Notes: a model not told the origin generated them from the sequence alone. Counted from the first letter of the stretch, positions 26,026 through 39,660 are shown. The stretch: DNA of 64,000 nucleotides from Eledone cirrhosa (GCA_964016885.1 OZ024741.1:200570001-200634000); one strand, 5' to 3'. Translations and numbers: made by a program.

Positions 26026-27230
26026 GTAGTGTGAACAGTTGAGGGAGAGGGTGGTGGTGTGTGTGGGGGGAGGGTTGTGTGTATGTTAGTGGAGGTGCTG
26101 GTAGGATGTGAATGGGAGTGTTGGTAGTACGGAGGGAGAGAGAGAAGGTGCTGGGTACAGTATGAATGAGTGTAATGTACTGGTGTGTGTGTGTGCGTGT
26201 TTGGATATGAATGCGTGTGTGTGTGGTAGGGTGGGTGTTAGTATTATTAGTGGTGCGGGGAGTCGAATATGGGTGTGTGGCGGCGGTTTGTGGTGGTAGT
26301 GCGGGTGTGGAGTGGGTTGTGTATCCGTGTGTACGTGAGTGTGGGTGAGTGTATGTATGCTGGTGTGTGTTCGTGTGTGTGTGTGAAGTGAGGGGGGAGG
26401 TGGGTTGGGGGATGTTTAGTATTATTAGTGGTGCGGTGGTCGGATGTGGGAGTGTGGGTGGGGGTTAGTGGTGGTAGTAGATTGAGCGTGTGTGAATAGT
26501 GTGAGTGAGTGTATATATGTACTGGTGTGTGTGTGTGCGCGTGTGATAGTATTATTAGTTGTGGGGTGGACCAAGGGGGTAGGGGTGACTAGAAGTGGAG
26601 GGGACGGTGAATCTTGGGAGTGTTTTAGTGGTGTTTATAGGGGAAGGGGAGGCGGACAGTCGAACGCTAAAGGAAGAAGGTGGGAGTTCAGGCCGGATGG
26701 GGGGGGGTCTGTAGGGTGAAGATGGTGTGTTGTTTGGCTCTAAGGCGGGTTGCGGGGGTCCCATGGCATTCGATAAGACCACAGACCGTGAGGTTGTTGG
26801 CGGAGTGTCCAGGGGAACCAAAGTGGCGGGCGATGGAGGAACTCCCGCCGAAACGAATATCTCGGAGGTGCTCCGTGAACCGATCCGCCAGGCGGCGTCC
26901 GGTCTGTCCGACATAGGTTGCGCTGCACTCCGCGCAGCGAAATCCACAGACGAGGCTGGGGGGAGGTGCAGCGGAAGGCATGCCGGACAGAGAGAGTGAC
27001 CATTGGGACTCTGGGAGATGGTGGTGTTGGTAATGTGGGGGGCAGGTGTGGCAGCGGAGTCTCTGGAGCAGGGAAGGGGCCGGGGGAGGTTGGGAGCTGC
27101 GGACGAGGAGGTTGCGGAGGTTGCGCGCGCGTATGAAGGAGGGGGGTGGGGATGGGATGATGGGGGTGGAGGGTTTGGACTAGAGTGGTCGGAAGAGGCG
27201 GAGGATGGTGCGGTGGAGGGGTGGTAGGTG
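26026..27230 (-). pseudogene. Penelope-like element 3' fragment: Cys-rich linker + GIY-YIG endonuclease + CA-rich 3' UTR
   Basis: PCSR..CHTCPHI; RCAECSATYVGQTGRRLADRFTEHLRDI...SIARHF..GHS; frameshifted. Confidence 0.85.
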
Positions 27231-27363
27231 GGGGGCGGTGTTAACAACGGAGTTATGTTCATAACAGATATGAAGCACTCGAACGTAAAATTTATCTGGA
27301 GTATTATGATAATAATAGTAATAAACGGAATATATAACACTATAGCATCATTATTTATTTCAT

Positions 27364-27549
27364 GCGGTGGATTGGCAGTATCGGTAGAGGTTCGGACGCC
27401 ATGCTTTGACGCATAGAGTTACGGCCCTTGCCATTCTGAGTTCAAATCCCGCCGAGGTTAACTTTGCCTTTCATCCTTACGGGGTCGATAAAATAAAGTA
27501 CCAGTAATGTACTGGGTAATTTTCTGGCCTTGTGCCAATAGTAGAAACA
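27364..27549 (+). mobile_element. Full-length SINE, 14-bp TSD
   Basis: TSD attatttatttcat at 27350-27363 and 27550-27563; A box tggcagtatcgg, B box gttcaaatcc. Confidence 0.9.
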
Positions 27550-27555
27550 ATTATT

Positions 27556-27615
27556 TATTTCATTATATATATTTCAGCTATGCTAAATTATAGCATGCCT
27601 TCTTCAGACAAAATA
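27556..27615 (-). ncRNA. Type I hammerhead ribozyme motif
   Basis: tattttgt-CTGAAGA-aggcatgctataatttagcatagct-GAAA-tatata-TA-atgaaata. Confidence 0.75.
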
Positions 27616-27769
27616 CAATATTGGATGTATAAAATGTTATATGACATACTCGTAAGAGAGACTGTATCCGATCAATTCTAAATGTTTAGAATTGATATTT
27701 ATATACCCGTTTAGAATTGATCGGATACAGTCTCCCTTACGAATATATCATTTTATACACCTAATAGTG

Positions 27770-27823
27770 TATTTTGTCTGAAGAAGGCATGTTATAATTT
27801 AGCATAGCTGAAATATATATAAT
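27770..27823 (+). ncRNA. Hammerhead motif whose 3' stem I strand is displaced by a SINE insertion
   Basis: tattttgt-CTGAAGA-aggcatg...catagct-GAAA-tatata-TA-at, then SINE; remainder atgaaata resumes at ~28023. Confidence 0.7.
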
Positions 27824-28013
27824 TGTTTCTACTTTAGGCACAAGGCCAGCAAATACACAGTGCATTACTGGTACTTTATTTTATCGAGCCCGTAAGGATG
27901 AAAGGCAAAGTCAACCACAGCGGGATTTGAACTCAGATCGTAAAGGGACGTAACTATGCTGGAAAGCATGGCGTCCAACCCTCTACCGATACTGCCAATA
28001 CACTGCCCTCCGC
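27824..28013 (-). mobile_element. Full-length SINE, 11-bp TSD
   Basis: TSD atatatataat at 27813-27823 and 28014-28024. Confidence 0.9.
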
Positions 28014-28113
28014 ATATATATAATGAAATAAATAATGATGCTATAATGTTATATATTCCGTTCTTTACTATTATTATCATAATAGTCCAGATAAATTTAT
28101 TATGCAGTATTAT

Positions 28114-28295
28114 GGGTGGATTGGCAGTATCGGTAGAGGGTCGAACGCCATGTTTTCCAGCACAGTTACGTCCCTTTACGATCTGAGTTCAAATCCCGCC
28201 GAGGTTGACTTTGCCTTTCATCCTTACGGGGTCGATAAAATAAAGTACCAGTAATGCACTGGGTAATTGCTGGCCTTGTGCCTAAAGTAGAAACA
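28114..28295 (+). mobile_element. Full-length SINE
   Basis: Family consensus; same 3' flank (attatttatttcat) as the 27364 copy. Confidence 0.9.
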
Positions 28296-28301
28296 ATTAT
28301 T

Positions 28302-28361
28302 TATTTCATTATATATATTTCTGGAATGCTAAATTATAGCATGCCTTCTTCAGACAAAATA
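28302..28361 (-). ncRNA. Type I hammerhead ribozyme motif (third copy of the module)
   Basis: Homologous to 27556-27615; base of stem II altered. Confidence 0.6.
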
Positions 28362-28950
28362 CAATATTAGATGTATAAAATGTTATATGCCATACTCACA
28401 AGAGTGACCTATCAGATCAAATGGGAATTATAATACTCCAGATAAATTTACTGTCAAGTGCTTCGTATCTGTTATGAAGATAACTCTGTGGATTACATAA
28501 CAAGTCTCTAACTCATTGTTTATATATCTAATATATAAAGTGAAGTTGGGCGTTATTTGTTTGTTTGTTTGGTGTCCGGAACTTGCAGGCTACACCGTTC
28601 ATCCGATTTTCATGAAACTTGACACATATATAAAATTCGATCTGTAGATTGGAATAGGCTACTTGAAATTTTCGAAAGATCGATAATCGGGCCGCCAGAA
28701 GCCAAAAATCGATATTTTAAAAAATCGTCCGATTTCGATGAACCTCGACGCAAGTATGTATTTTGATCCGAGGATGAACATGGACTACATTAAATTTTCG
28801 AAAAAATCCATAATTGGATCACCAGAGGCAAAAATCGATATTTACGAAATTTGTCCGCTTCCAATAAAATTTGACGTAGGTATGTATTTTGATGCGGGGA
28901 TCAACGTGGGGTATTTGAAATTTTCAAAAAAATCGATAATCGGACCTCAG

Positions 28951-30150
28951 ACTCAGAAGCTCCCGCGTCTTGCGACGCATGAGGCAATCATAGTGTCCCA
29001 TCGTGTTCGGTTAGCAGCCAGTTGCACAGCGTCCCGCCATTGTCTGTTTGTCGCTCGCAGGTCCCTCTCAACTGTCTAGCGCCAGTTCATTTTGGGTCGC
29101 CCTCTCCGTCTGCTTCCCTGCGGGCTCCATTTAAGTACTTGGTTCACCAGTCTCTCCGGGGGAAGTCTCAAGGCGTGTGCAAACCAGCCCAGGCGTCGCT
29201 TGCAGATGGTAGAAGAGACTAGCTGCTGGTTGATGCGGTTCCTGACTTCCTAATTTGTTACATGGTCACTCCATTTAATCCCCAGGATCTTTCGCAGACA
29301 TCTGGAATCGAATGCGTCCAACTTCTTCTATTGGCTGGTCTTAAGGTGCCATATTTCACTTCCGTACAAGAGTGTGGACAGCACGTTGCTGTTGTAGAAT
29401 CTCATCTTTGTTTTGAGGGTGAACTTCCTGCTCTTCCAGATCTTGTCAAGCTAGTTAAATGCTGCTGAAGCCTTTCCCATTCTGCATTGCAGTTCACTGT
29501 CCATGGTGCCCTCATTATTAATGGAGCTTCCTAGGTAGGTGAAGTTGTCCACTATTTCCACCTCCCCCTGTTCAATGAAGACACTGGTTGGTGGTGGGTG
29601 TGTCCCAGATAACATGCTTTTGGTCTTCTTGGCACTGATATTGAGACCTAAGCTTCCTGCTTCAACATTGATATTGTTCACAATGATTTGCAGGTCAGCT
29701 GTGCTCTCTGCAAGTGCAGCAATATCGTCCGCAAAGTCCAGGTCAGACAACTTTTGCTCTCCCACCCAAGATATACCCTGGTCTTTAGATGCTCTTCTTA
29801 GTACCCAGTCAATGGCCATGGCAAATAGAATTGGAGAGAGCGAGCAACCTTGACGTATGCCAGTAACCACCTCAAACCAGTCACTGTAACCATCCTCTGT
29901 CCGTATGCAGCACTTGGAGTTTGCGTAAATCTGTTTGATTGCCGAAATGACTTTCTGGGGCAGACCATACTCATGCATGATGCTCCAGAGTGACGGTCGA
30001 TGAATGCTATCGAATGCTTTGGAGAAATCGATGAAGCTGATGGCGAGGGGCCTCTGGAATTCGTTGTACCTCTCAATGATGCGGCGTGGCGTAAAGATCT
30101 GCTCTGCACAGGAACGTTTTGGTCGAAACCCTTCCTGTTGTTCTCGCAGG
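28951..30150 (-). pseudogene. 5'-truncated RTE LINE RT fragment inserted in the Helitron
   Basis: EQQEGFRPKRSCAEQIF, FIDFSKAFDSI, GIRQGCSLSPILF, LDFADDIA, FTYLGS; imperfect TSD aatcggacc(t/cc)cag; CTGAGT tail. Confidence 0.9.
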
Positions 30151-30689
30151 AATCGGACCCCCAGAGGCAAAAATCGATATTTTCAGAATTCGTCCGATTT
30201 CAATGAAATTTGATATTACCACAATAATAGATCCATTAGGAGTTACTCCAAGGCTGCAAACATTCAGAAAGTATTTTTAAACTCATAAATCATGCGTTAA
30301 ATGAGACCTTTAAGAGTTAGGGTAGACAATTATTCATAGTTTAATTATCAATGGCGCAATATCTTCTACCCTGGGACCAATTCTCGATGCAGAGCCTTAA
30401 AGCATCCCTTCGCGCACGCCGTTATCTATCAGCTTCATTGAGCATCACCATCCGGCAACCGAAAAACGCCATTCTTCTTGCTTCCATTTGTCGCGACTCC
30501 CGCCATACAAAAAACGTTCAATCTATCAGGATTAACCACCGTAAGTCTCTTTAAATTAACGCTCACCATATTCAGCAAACCTTTTATGCCGATTCTTCCA
30601 TTTCTTATATAAGGACTATCAAGACTATACCGATGCGCATCATCCTGTATTGCGCCCAGTCTTCTCAAGCGATCATCGAGCCTCCATGT

Positions 30690-31700
30690 GCTCTCTTCAT
30701 TCCCGTGGTCCCACTACCGTAGCATAATGAGGCAACCGTCAACCCCTGCCCTCTCCCTTCCCTGCATGCGGTCGACCCACTGCATCGTCGTGCATCACCA
30801 TGTGCATCACCATCTGCCCTGTCAGCCGCAATTCATTCCCCGACCCTTTCCATTGCCTGCCCTCCGTGGTCCTTAAGGACTGCCACGGCTCAACATGCCG
30901 AATCCCTGCCACCGTCCACCCCTGCCCATTTCCATTGCCTACACTCCGTGAGAGCTCAAGACTTCCATGCCTGACCAAGCCGCATCCCTGCCACCGTCAA
31001 CCCCTGCCCTCTCCCTTCCCTGCACGCCGTCATCCCACTGCATCGTCATGCCTCACCATGCCGCATTACTGCCCTGTCAGCCACCATCCCCTCCACAGCT
31101 CTTTCTTTTGCCTGCCTGCCGTGCTCTTGCCTTGCATCCGGTTTTCTCAAACAATCATTGTGCCTCCCGGTGCTCTCAACATTCCCGAGGTGCAACTCAA
31201 TTGGCATGCCGCAACCACGCCCTGTCAGCTGCCGTGCACCCTGCCCTTTCGTCATGCCTCATCATGTTGCATCCCTGTCCTGTCAGCCGCCATCCACTCC
31301 CTGACCCTTTCCACTACCTAGGCGTGGCAGTCTTGAGGGACCAAGTCGCATCCCTGCCACTGTCAACCCCTGCCCTCTCCGTTCCCTGCACACTGTCGTC
31401 CCACTGCATCATCATGCATCACCATGCCGCATCAATGATCTGTCAGCCGCCATCCTCTCCTCGGCCCTTTCTTTTACCTGCCCGCAGTGCTCCTTCAAGA
31501 CTGCCATGGCTCATCATGCGGCATCCTTGCCACCTTCCTTGCCTGCTGGCCGTCGTCCCACTGCATCGTCATGTCTCAGGATGCCGCATCTATGCACTGT
31601 CAGCTACCATCCCTTCCTCGGCCCTTTCTTTTGCCTGACCGCCGTGCTCCTTCAAGACTCCCATAGCTATCTATGCTGCATCAATTCCTTGCCACCCGCT
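30690..31700. repeat. GC-rich degenerate minisatellite inside the Helitron
   Basis: Recurring atgccgcatccctgccaccgtcaacccctgccctctcc / cccactgcatcgtcatg / ctgtcagccgccatcc units. Confidence 0.85.
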
Positions 31701-32059
31701 TAAACGTTATTGTTGCCCCATTTGACCACCGATTTTCGCAGGCTAAACACAATACCAATGTGCACGATAGTCCATGGTAAATCTTTTTAATTACATGTTT
31801 ATCATGCTAAGCAAAGGATGAATAGCAACTCTTTCATTTCTCCTGACATGCCTTTCTGTCAATTATGGCCGAGAAGCATCCTGTGTAGCATCGCGTCTTC
31901 TCAAGCGATCAGCGTGGCTTCCACTGTCCTCACAATTGACTCACAACACAGCATCTATTCCCTGCGACGCCCCTAAACATCATCAGCATGGCTTATTTTT
32001 TCTGCCGCGTTTAACCGGCCCCTCATTCTAGGCCATAAACAACAAAACCGCACGATGAT

Positions 32060-32560
32060 GCTGCGTAAGTCTATTTAAATTAATGGTCAACATGTTCAGC
32101 AAACAATTGTACAAATTCTTCCTCTTCACCTCCAAGGCCTACCCATTACATCTAAGAGGTCGGGATTCGCAATTTCTACGAATTCAATATTGACACAACA
32201 GTCCGTCAGGTTTTTCGGCACATGTTGCTCCGATAGGAATATCAACGTGATTTTCACTTAATTCATAAGTATTCAGTCTTCCGTATGCTTTTATTTTTTA
32301 TTGATACAACACCGACTACAATCATCTAACTTCACTTTGTAGGCTAGACGCGAATCACAAAGAAAACAATCCTCTGATATACAACCCCACCAAATTCTTT
32401 GGTCGGCCTAGATTTCAATGGCTATATCCTAGGCTTTTGTACAGTTGTACATTTGACAATTCGCAAAACATTATTCCACTTGATTCCTACCTTTCAGCTA
32501 TGAATTGGGCAGTGCCTTAAAATCCCCGTTTATTTGCATGCAATTTTGGGGTATCTTATG
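32060..32560 (+). pseudogene. Possible remnant of the Helitron Rep N-terminal region
   Basis: Frameshifted traces resembling KINGQ..I..LP, FAQ..DT, YN.P, AL..PL; very degraded. Confidence 0.35.
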
Positions 32561-33456
32561 AAAGGAGAATCGAAAACCCTTTTTCTCATAACCTGATACA
32601 TGCGTTATACATGCTCCATGGATGTTTGTGGACTAATTTTTCAAAATACCAATATCACAGATTGGAGCACAAAAAGAAACGTTTGTTCTTCATTTATTTC
32701 GGTTAAAACATCCTGCTGAAATTTAGCGCAGACCCGTTTAAATCCAGCGCCTTATAACCTCGAGTGTAACCGGGTACACCAGCTAGAAAGACAAATGGAA
32801 ACATAGTTTCCTCGGTCCGATTTGACGAAAGTCGATTTAGTTCCACAACAAATTAACAAACCATACTTGAAGACACGTTGAGGCTGTTGCAAAGGGCAAT
32901 AACCCTAGACACAATTTTGGTCAACTTTTTTTCACCTATAGCAAATTTACCGGGACAGGTTTTTAGCTACTCAAATCTACTTCAGAGGTCACGCATTCAT
33001 GTAAAAAATCAATGAAACTGAAGTGGGGTTCGACTTTACGCAAAAAACAAGGCAAAGTTGCACATGGGAGAACTTTTTACAGGAACGCCCGATTTTCTTG
33101 AAAACTGTCGCAAAAGACTCGCCATTATGCCGCAGTTCAGATAAAGTCCCTTTTATTTCTTCTACTGCACATGTGAGGGGGAAAATTGTAAAAAAATTTT
33201 AAAAATTTCAATTTCAAGTGAATTTGACTTCCGTCAGTCGTGCAAAGAACAATTTCAACGATACACTGTGTACCTACAATTGATCCATTATTTATACTCA
33301 ATTACACACCTGCGTCTACTAACCTCTGTTTTTTTTTCCTTGGGGTTCGAAGTTTTTTGCACCTGTAATCCGCGGGAAGTAACTTTCACACATTTTAACA
33401 ACAGAGCAAAGGTCGACTTACACCCGGGCAACGCCGGGTACTTCTGCTAGTATATA

Positions 33457-33500
<44 letters not shown>

Positions 33501-33685
33501 GATAAATCTACCAAGAGTTCACGGTAGTGTCCAATCCGTATGAAGAACTCAATGTATTCCGGATATCATGGAAAGAAGAGATGTAATGAAAAACGACTTT
33601 CGGTGAAAGATAAACGGTATACAGAGTCAAGATAAAATATTAAACAAATAATGAATAAACAATTCCTTATATTAAACAAAAAAAG

Positions 33686-33840
33686 TTCATTATTTAACGA
33701 TCGTTTCTAGGATATATATGTGTTATAATTGGTATGCATATTCAACAGATCTATGTACAAAATTATACAAAATTATACAAATTATCAAGATTAAATATAC
33801 ATACCAAACACATATATACGCCGTCTTCAGAAATAATGAA
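33686..33840 (-). ncRNA. Type I hammerhead ribozyme motif (left arm of palindrome)
   Basis: Reverse complement of 39297-39451. Confidence 0.75.
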
Positions 33841-34646
33841 GTATATTTATTGATAATAACAACAATTCAAAATTTCAGTTCAAAATTGACCAATGAAAAC
33901 ACAAAGGGTTAAATGCAGTTCGGTGTGTGTATATACATGTAAAACCCTTACACATATTTTACAAAAATGTATGTATAATTTGTATACGCATACTAAAAGG
34001 ATGGATGCAAATACGAAATTTCAAGGTTAATGTCTCTGTGAGCTTACAATGCGCAGATAAGATACTTATGAAATCAAGTATATAAATATATTTTTTCATA
34101 CTCACACATATCAGTACAATCACACATACACGCGCGTATATGCATAAATATACACATAACCACGAACATACAAACACACACACACCCCCACTCACATTTA
34201 TATATGTGGATATAAAATCATAAGCACATGGATATTAATTCACTCACATAAAACACTGGCACACACATTTCTAGATCAAGATACAGAAATTAGGTGGGAG
34301 GGGGGGGGGGGTCAGTATTCAACTGTCTGAGCAAACTGTCTAATATAAATGTATCTATAAATTAAGAAAAATAAAAAAATAAAACAATAAAATATAATAA
34401 ATATAATATAATATACATACACATACAGATATATACACATACATACATGTACGCACACATAGAAATATTTACGCATACACACATACACACATACATATAC
34501 AGTCATACACACACATACACTTACACGAACATACACATACACATATATAAAGATATATATATACACACACACACACACACGCAACACATACACACATACA
34601 CATATATATAAAAATAAATAATAAAGATATATACCTATATACATAT

Positions 34647-34697
<51 letters not shown>

Positions 34698-35096
34698 CAC
34701 ACACATACATCTAAATATACATACACATACATACACACATACATGTACATACATGTACATACATATACGCACATCGATATACATATATATATATATACAT
34801 ATATATATATACACACACATAGACATGTAGATACATACACACACAACTTACATACACACATATATATATACATGTATATTCATACATAGAATTAGATATA
34901 TAATCATACATACTTATGCACTTACTTATACTCATATATACAAATACATACGCATCTATATATGCATATATACATAAAAAAAACTACAACCTCACCTAAC
35001 TCAGACATACAAATAAAAATAATAATAAAAAGGCATATGTATATACATACACACGCGCATTAATAGAGATATATATATAGAGACACATACATACAC

Positions 35097-35160
<64 letters not shown>

Positions 35161-35163
35161 ACT

Positions 35164-35205
<42 letters not shown>

Positions 35206-35273
35206 GATATCCACACACTCATACCACCATAAATACACATACAAACACCCACATATATATATATATACACACG

Positions 35274-35305
<32 letters not shown>

Positions 35306-35425
35306 TAAAAAACAGACATGCACATATATATATACATTAATTACACTTATATATACACATATTATATACACGTACACAACCTCACTTATACATACATACA
35401 CATAAGTTATATTATAATAATAAAG

Positions 35426-35478
<53 letters not shown>

Positions 35479-35572
35479 TATACATACATACATACATATA
35501 CATACATACATATAAACATATACATACATAAATACACACATACTAATAAAGACATATATTCACACATAGACA

Positions 35573-35612
<40 letters not shown>

Positions 35613-37629
35613 TATATACATATATACACACACACATAAACACAGACACTACACATATACACACTCACATATATATATGTGTGTGTGTGCGCACACACAC
35701 ATATGTACACACACACACACAAATACACATAAACACATACATATGCATTCATGCACACACACACACACATATATCACATAGATACGAAGATAAACATATA
35801 AATAGAGAGACATACATATATATACAACACACATACACACACATACATACACACGCATATACATATACATATATAATATACATATATATATTCCTATATA
35901 TACATGCATACACATATATACACATATATACACATACATACACATATACGTACACACATTCACATACACATACATATATAATGCATATATACACATATAT
36001 ACATACATATACACACTCATATATACACACGCAATCTTACATTCATATTTGCATGCGCATATATGTATTTTTATATTTAGATATAAATACCCAAACCTAT
36101 ATAGACACCTACCTACATATATATTCATACATAGACGCTTACAAATACAGATGATAATAGTATGGGGGAAAGGGGGGGTTTGGAGAAGGGGATCAAAGTA
36201 AATATATGTTTCAAGAAACATAGAAAATTTTCCGTATTTTTATCCAATGTATGTTCTTACATATTTTCAGTGTTAGGAAATACGACAAACAAGAACCAAA
36301 GCAAAATCTATGCATCTCAAAATAAATAAGTATATCATTAATCATATGTTAACTAAACCAAAGATAGTCAACATATTGATTTCTAAGGTGTAAATTAGTT
36401 AGGTTTATAATATTTGAAGCAGAATTTTGAAGTCAAACAGTAGTAGATTATTAATTACAGTATAACTAAATTAAAGTTAATAACGTTATGGTATCAATAT
36501 TAGGAAATGAATTTAGTAATAGGGAAAAAAATAAAATAAAGTATTACATCGGTAGTAGAATATAAATTATATGTTAACTAAATTAAAAATTATATATTTA
36601 TTTCAATAGTATATGTTAATTAGGTATAATTAACATATACTATTGAAATAAATATATAATTTTTAATTTAGTTAACATATAATTTATATTCTACTACCGA
36701 TGTAATACTTTATTTTATTTTTTTCCCTATTACTAAATTCATTTCCTAATATTGATACCATAACGTTATTAACTTTAATTTAGTTATACTGTAATTAATA
36801 ATCTACTACTGTTTGACTTCAAAATTCTGCTTCAAATATTATAAACCTAACTAATTTACACCTTAGAAATCAATATGTTGACTATCTTTGGTTTAGTTAA
36901 CATATGATTAATGATATACTTATTTATTTTGAGATGCATAGATTTTGCTTTGGTTCTTGTTTGTCGTATTTCCTAACACTGAAAATATGTAAGAACATAC
37001 ATTGGATAAAAATACGGAAAATTTTCTATGTTTCTTGAAACATATATTTACTTTGATCCCCTTCTCCAAACCCCCCTTTCCCCCATACTATTATCATCTG
37101 TATTTGTAAGCGTCTATGTATGAATATATATGTAGGTAGGTGTCTATATAGGTTTGGGTATTTATATCTAAATATAAAAATACATATATGCGCATGCAAA
37201 TATGAATGTAAGATTGCGTGTGTATATATGAGTGTGTATATGTATGTATATATGTGTATATATGCATTATATATGTATGTGTATGTGAATGTGTGTACGT
37301 ATATGTGTATGTATGTGTATATATGTGTATATATGTGTATGCATGTATATATAGGAATATATATATGTATATATATATGTATATGTATATGCGTGTGTAT
37401 GTATGTGTGTGTATGTGTGTTGTATATATATGTATGTCTCTCTATTTATATGTTTATCTTCGTATCTATGTGATATATGTGTGTGTGTGTGTGCATGAAT
37501 GCATATGTATGTGTTTATGTGTATTTGTGTGTGTGTGTGTACATATGTGTGTGTGCGCACACACACACATATATATATGTGAGTGTGTATATGTGTCTGT
37601 GTATATGTGTGTGTGTATATATGTATATA

Positions 37630-37669
<40 letters not shown>

Positions 37670-37763
37670 TGTCTATGTGTGAATATATGTCTTTATTAGT
37701 ATGTGTGTATTTATGTATGTATATGTTTATATGTATGTATGTATATGTATGTATGTATGTATA

Positions 37764-37816
<53 letters not shown>

Positions 37817-37936
37817 CTTTATTATTATAATATAACTTATGTGTATGTATGTATAAGTGAGGTTGTGTACGTGTATATAATATGTGTATATATAAGTGTA
37901 ATTAATGTATATATATATGTGCATGTCTGTTTTTTA

Positions 37937-37968
<32 letters not shown>

Positions 37969-38036
37969 CGTGTGTATATATATATATATGTGGGTGTTTG
38001 TATGTGTATTTATGGTGGTATGAGTGTGTGGATATC

Positions 38037-38078
<42 letters not shown>

Positions 38079-38081
38079 AGT

Positions 38082-38139
<58 letters not shown>

Positions 38140-38538
38140 GTGTATGTATGTGTCTCTATATATATATATCTATTAATGCGCGTGTGTATGTATATACATA
38201 TGCCTTTTTATTATTATTTTTATTTGTATGTCTGAGTTAGGTGAGGTTGTAGTTTTTTTTATGTATATATGCATATATAGATGCGTATGTATTTGTATAT
38301 ATGAGTATAAGTAAGTGCATAAGTATGTATGATTATATATCTAATTCTATGTATGAATATACATGTATATATATATGTGTGTATGTAAGTTGTGTGTGTA
38401 TGTATCTACATGTCTATGTGTGTGTATATATATATATGTATATATATATATATGTATATCGATGTGCGTATATGTATGTACATGTATGTACATGTATGTG
38501 TGTATGTATGTGTATGTATATTTAGATGTATGTGTGTG

Positions 38539-38587
<49 letters not shown>

Positions 38588-39296
38588 ATATGTATATAGG
38601 TATATATCTTTATTATTTATTTTTATATATATGTGTATGTGTGTATGTGTTGCGTGTGTGTGTGTGTGTGTATATATATATCTTTATATATGTGTATGTG
38701 TATATATCTGTATGTGTATGTATATTATATTATATTTATTATATTTTATTGTTTTATTTTTTTATTTTTCTTAATTTATAGATACATTTATATTAGACAG
38801 TTTGCTCAGACAGTTGAATACTGACCCCTCCCCCCCCTCCCACCTAATTTCTGTATCTTGATCTAGAAATGTGTGTGCCAGTGTTTTATGTGAGTGAATT
38901 AATATCCATGTGCTTATGATTTTATATCCACATATATAAATGTGAGTGGGGGTGTGTGTGTGTTTGTATGTTCGTGGTTATGTGTATATTTATGCATATA
39001 CGCGCGTGTATGTGTGATTGTACTGATATGTGTGAGTATGAAAAAATATATTTATATACTTGATTTCATAAGTATCTTATCTGCGCATTGTAAGCTCACA
39101 GAGACATTAACCTTGAAATTTCGTATTTGCATCCATCCTTTTAGTATGCGTATACAAATTATACATACATTTTTGTAAAATATGTGTAAGGGTTTTACAT
39201 GTATATACACACACCGAACTGCATTTAACCCTTTGTGTTTTCATTGGTCAATTTTGAACTGAAATTTTGAATTGTTGTTATTATCAATAAATATAC

Positions 39297-39451
39297 TTCA
39301 TTATTTCTGAAGACGGCGTATATATGTGTTTGGTATGTATATTTAATCTTGATAATTTGTATAATTTTGTATAATTTTGTACATAGATCTGTTGAATATG
39401 CATACCAATTATAACACATATATATCCTAGAAACGATCGTTAAATAATGAA
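39297..39451 (+). ncRNA. Type I hammerhead ribozyme motif (right arm of palindrome)
   Basis: ttcattattt-CTGAAGA-(~115-nt stem II: tatatatgtgtt/aacacatatata, tggtatgtatattta/tgaatatgcatacca)-GAAAC-gatc-GTT-aaataatgaa; 10-bp stem I. Confidence 0.75.
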
Positions 39452-39496
39452 CTTTTTTTGTTTAATATAAGGAATTGTTTATTCATTATTTGTTTA

Positions 39497-39557
<61 letters not shown>

Positions 39558-39660
39558 GTTCTCAATATTAAGGTATACATATTGAGTTTTGTCATATATT
39601 ACTCACTACCATGACTGAATCTTAACCATCTACTATGTCAGGGTATGTCATGCATCATCT

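Larger units (their letters stand above)
28527..33450 (+). mobile_element. Non-autonomous composite Helitron
   Basis: A|TC 5' end (TCTAATATATAAAG); 3' hairpin cccgggcaacgccggg + CTAG|T. Has ~120-bp subterminal tandem repeats and shares both ends with 40410-42923. Confidence 0.8.
33632..39505. repeat. Giant near-perfect palindrome (arms 33632-36622 and 36627-39505, loop GGTA)
   Basis: Centre ...tatgttaatta-GGTA-taattaacata...; ORF track is mirror-symmetric (33718+/39419-, 34195-/38942+). Confidence 0.95.

Noticed and set aside
30800-31703. Cys/His/Pro-rich ORFs
   Set aside because: Derived from a GC-rich minisatellite with no consistent frame between units
34312-38824. Dozens of ORFs rich in YI/CV/HT dipeptides (also near 5500-6900, 13300-13900, 40150-40500, 50000-50600)
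   Set aside because: Translations of stop-free microsatellites, not genes
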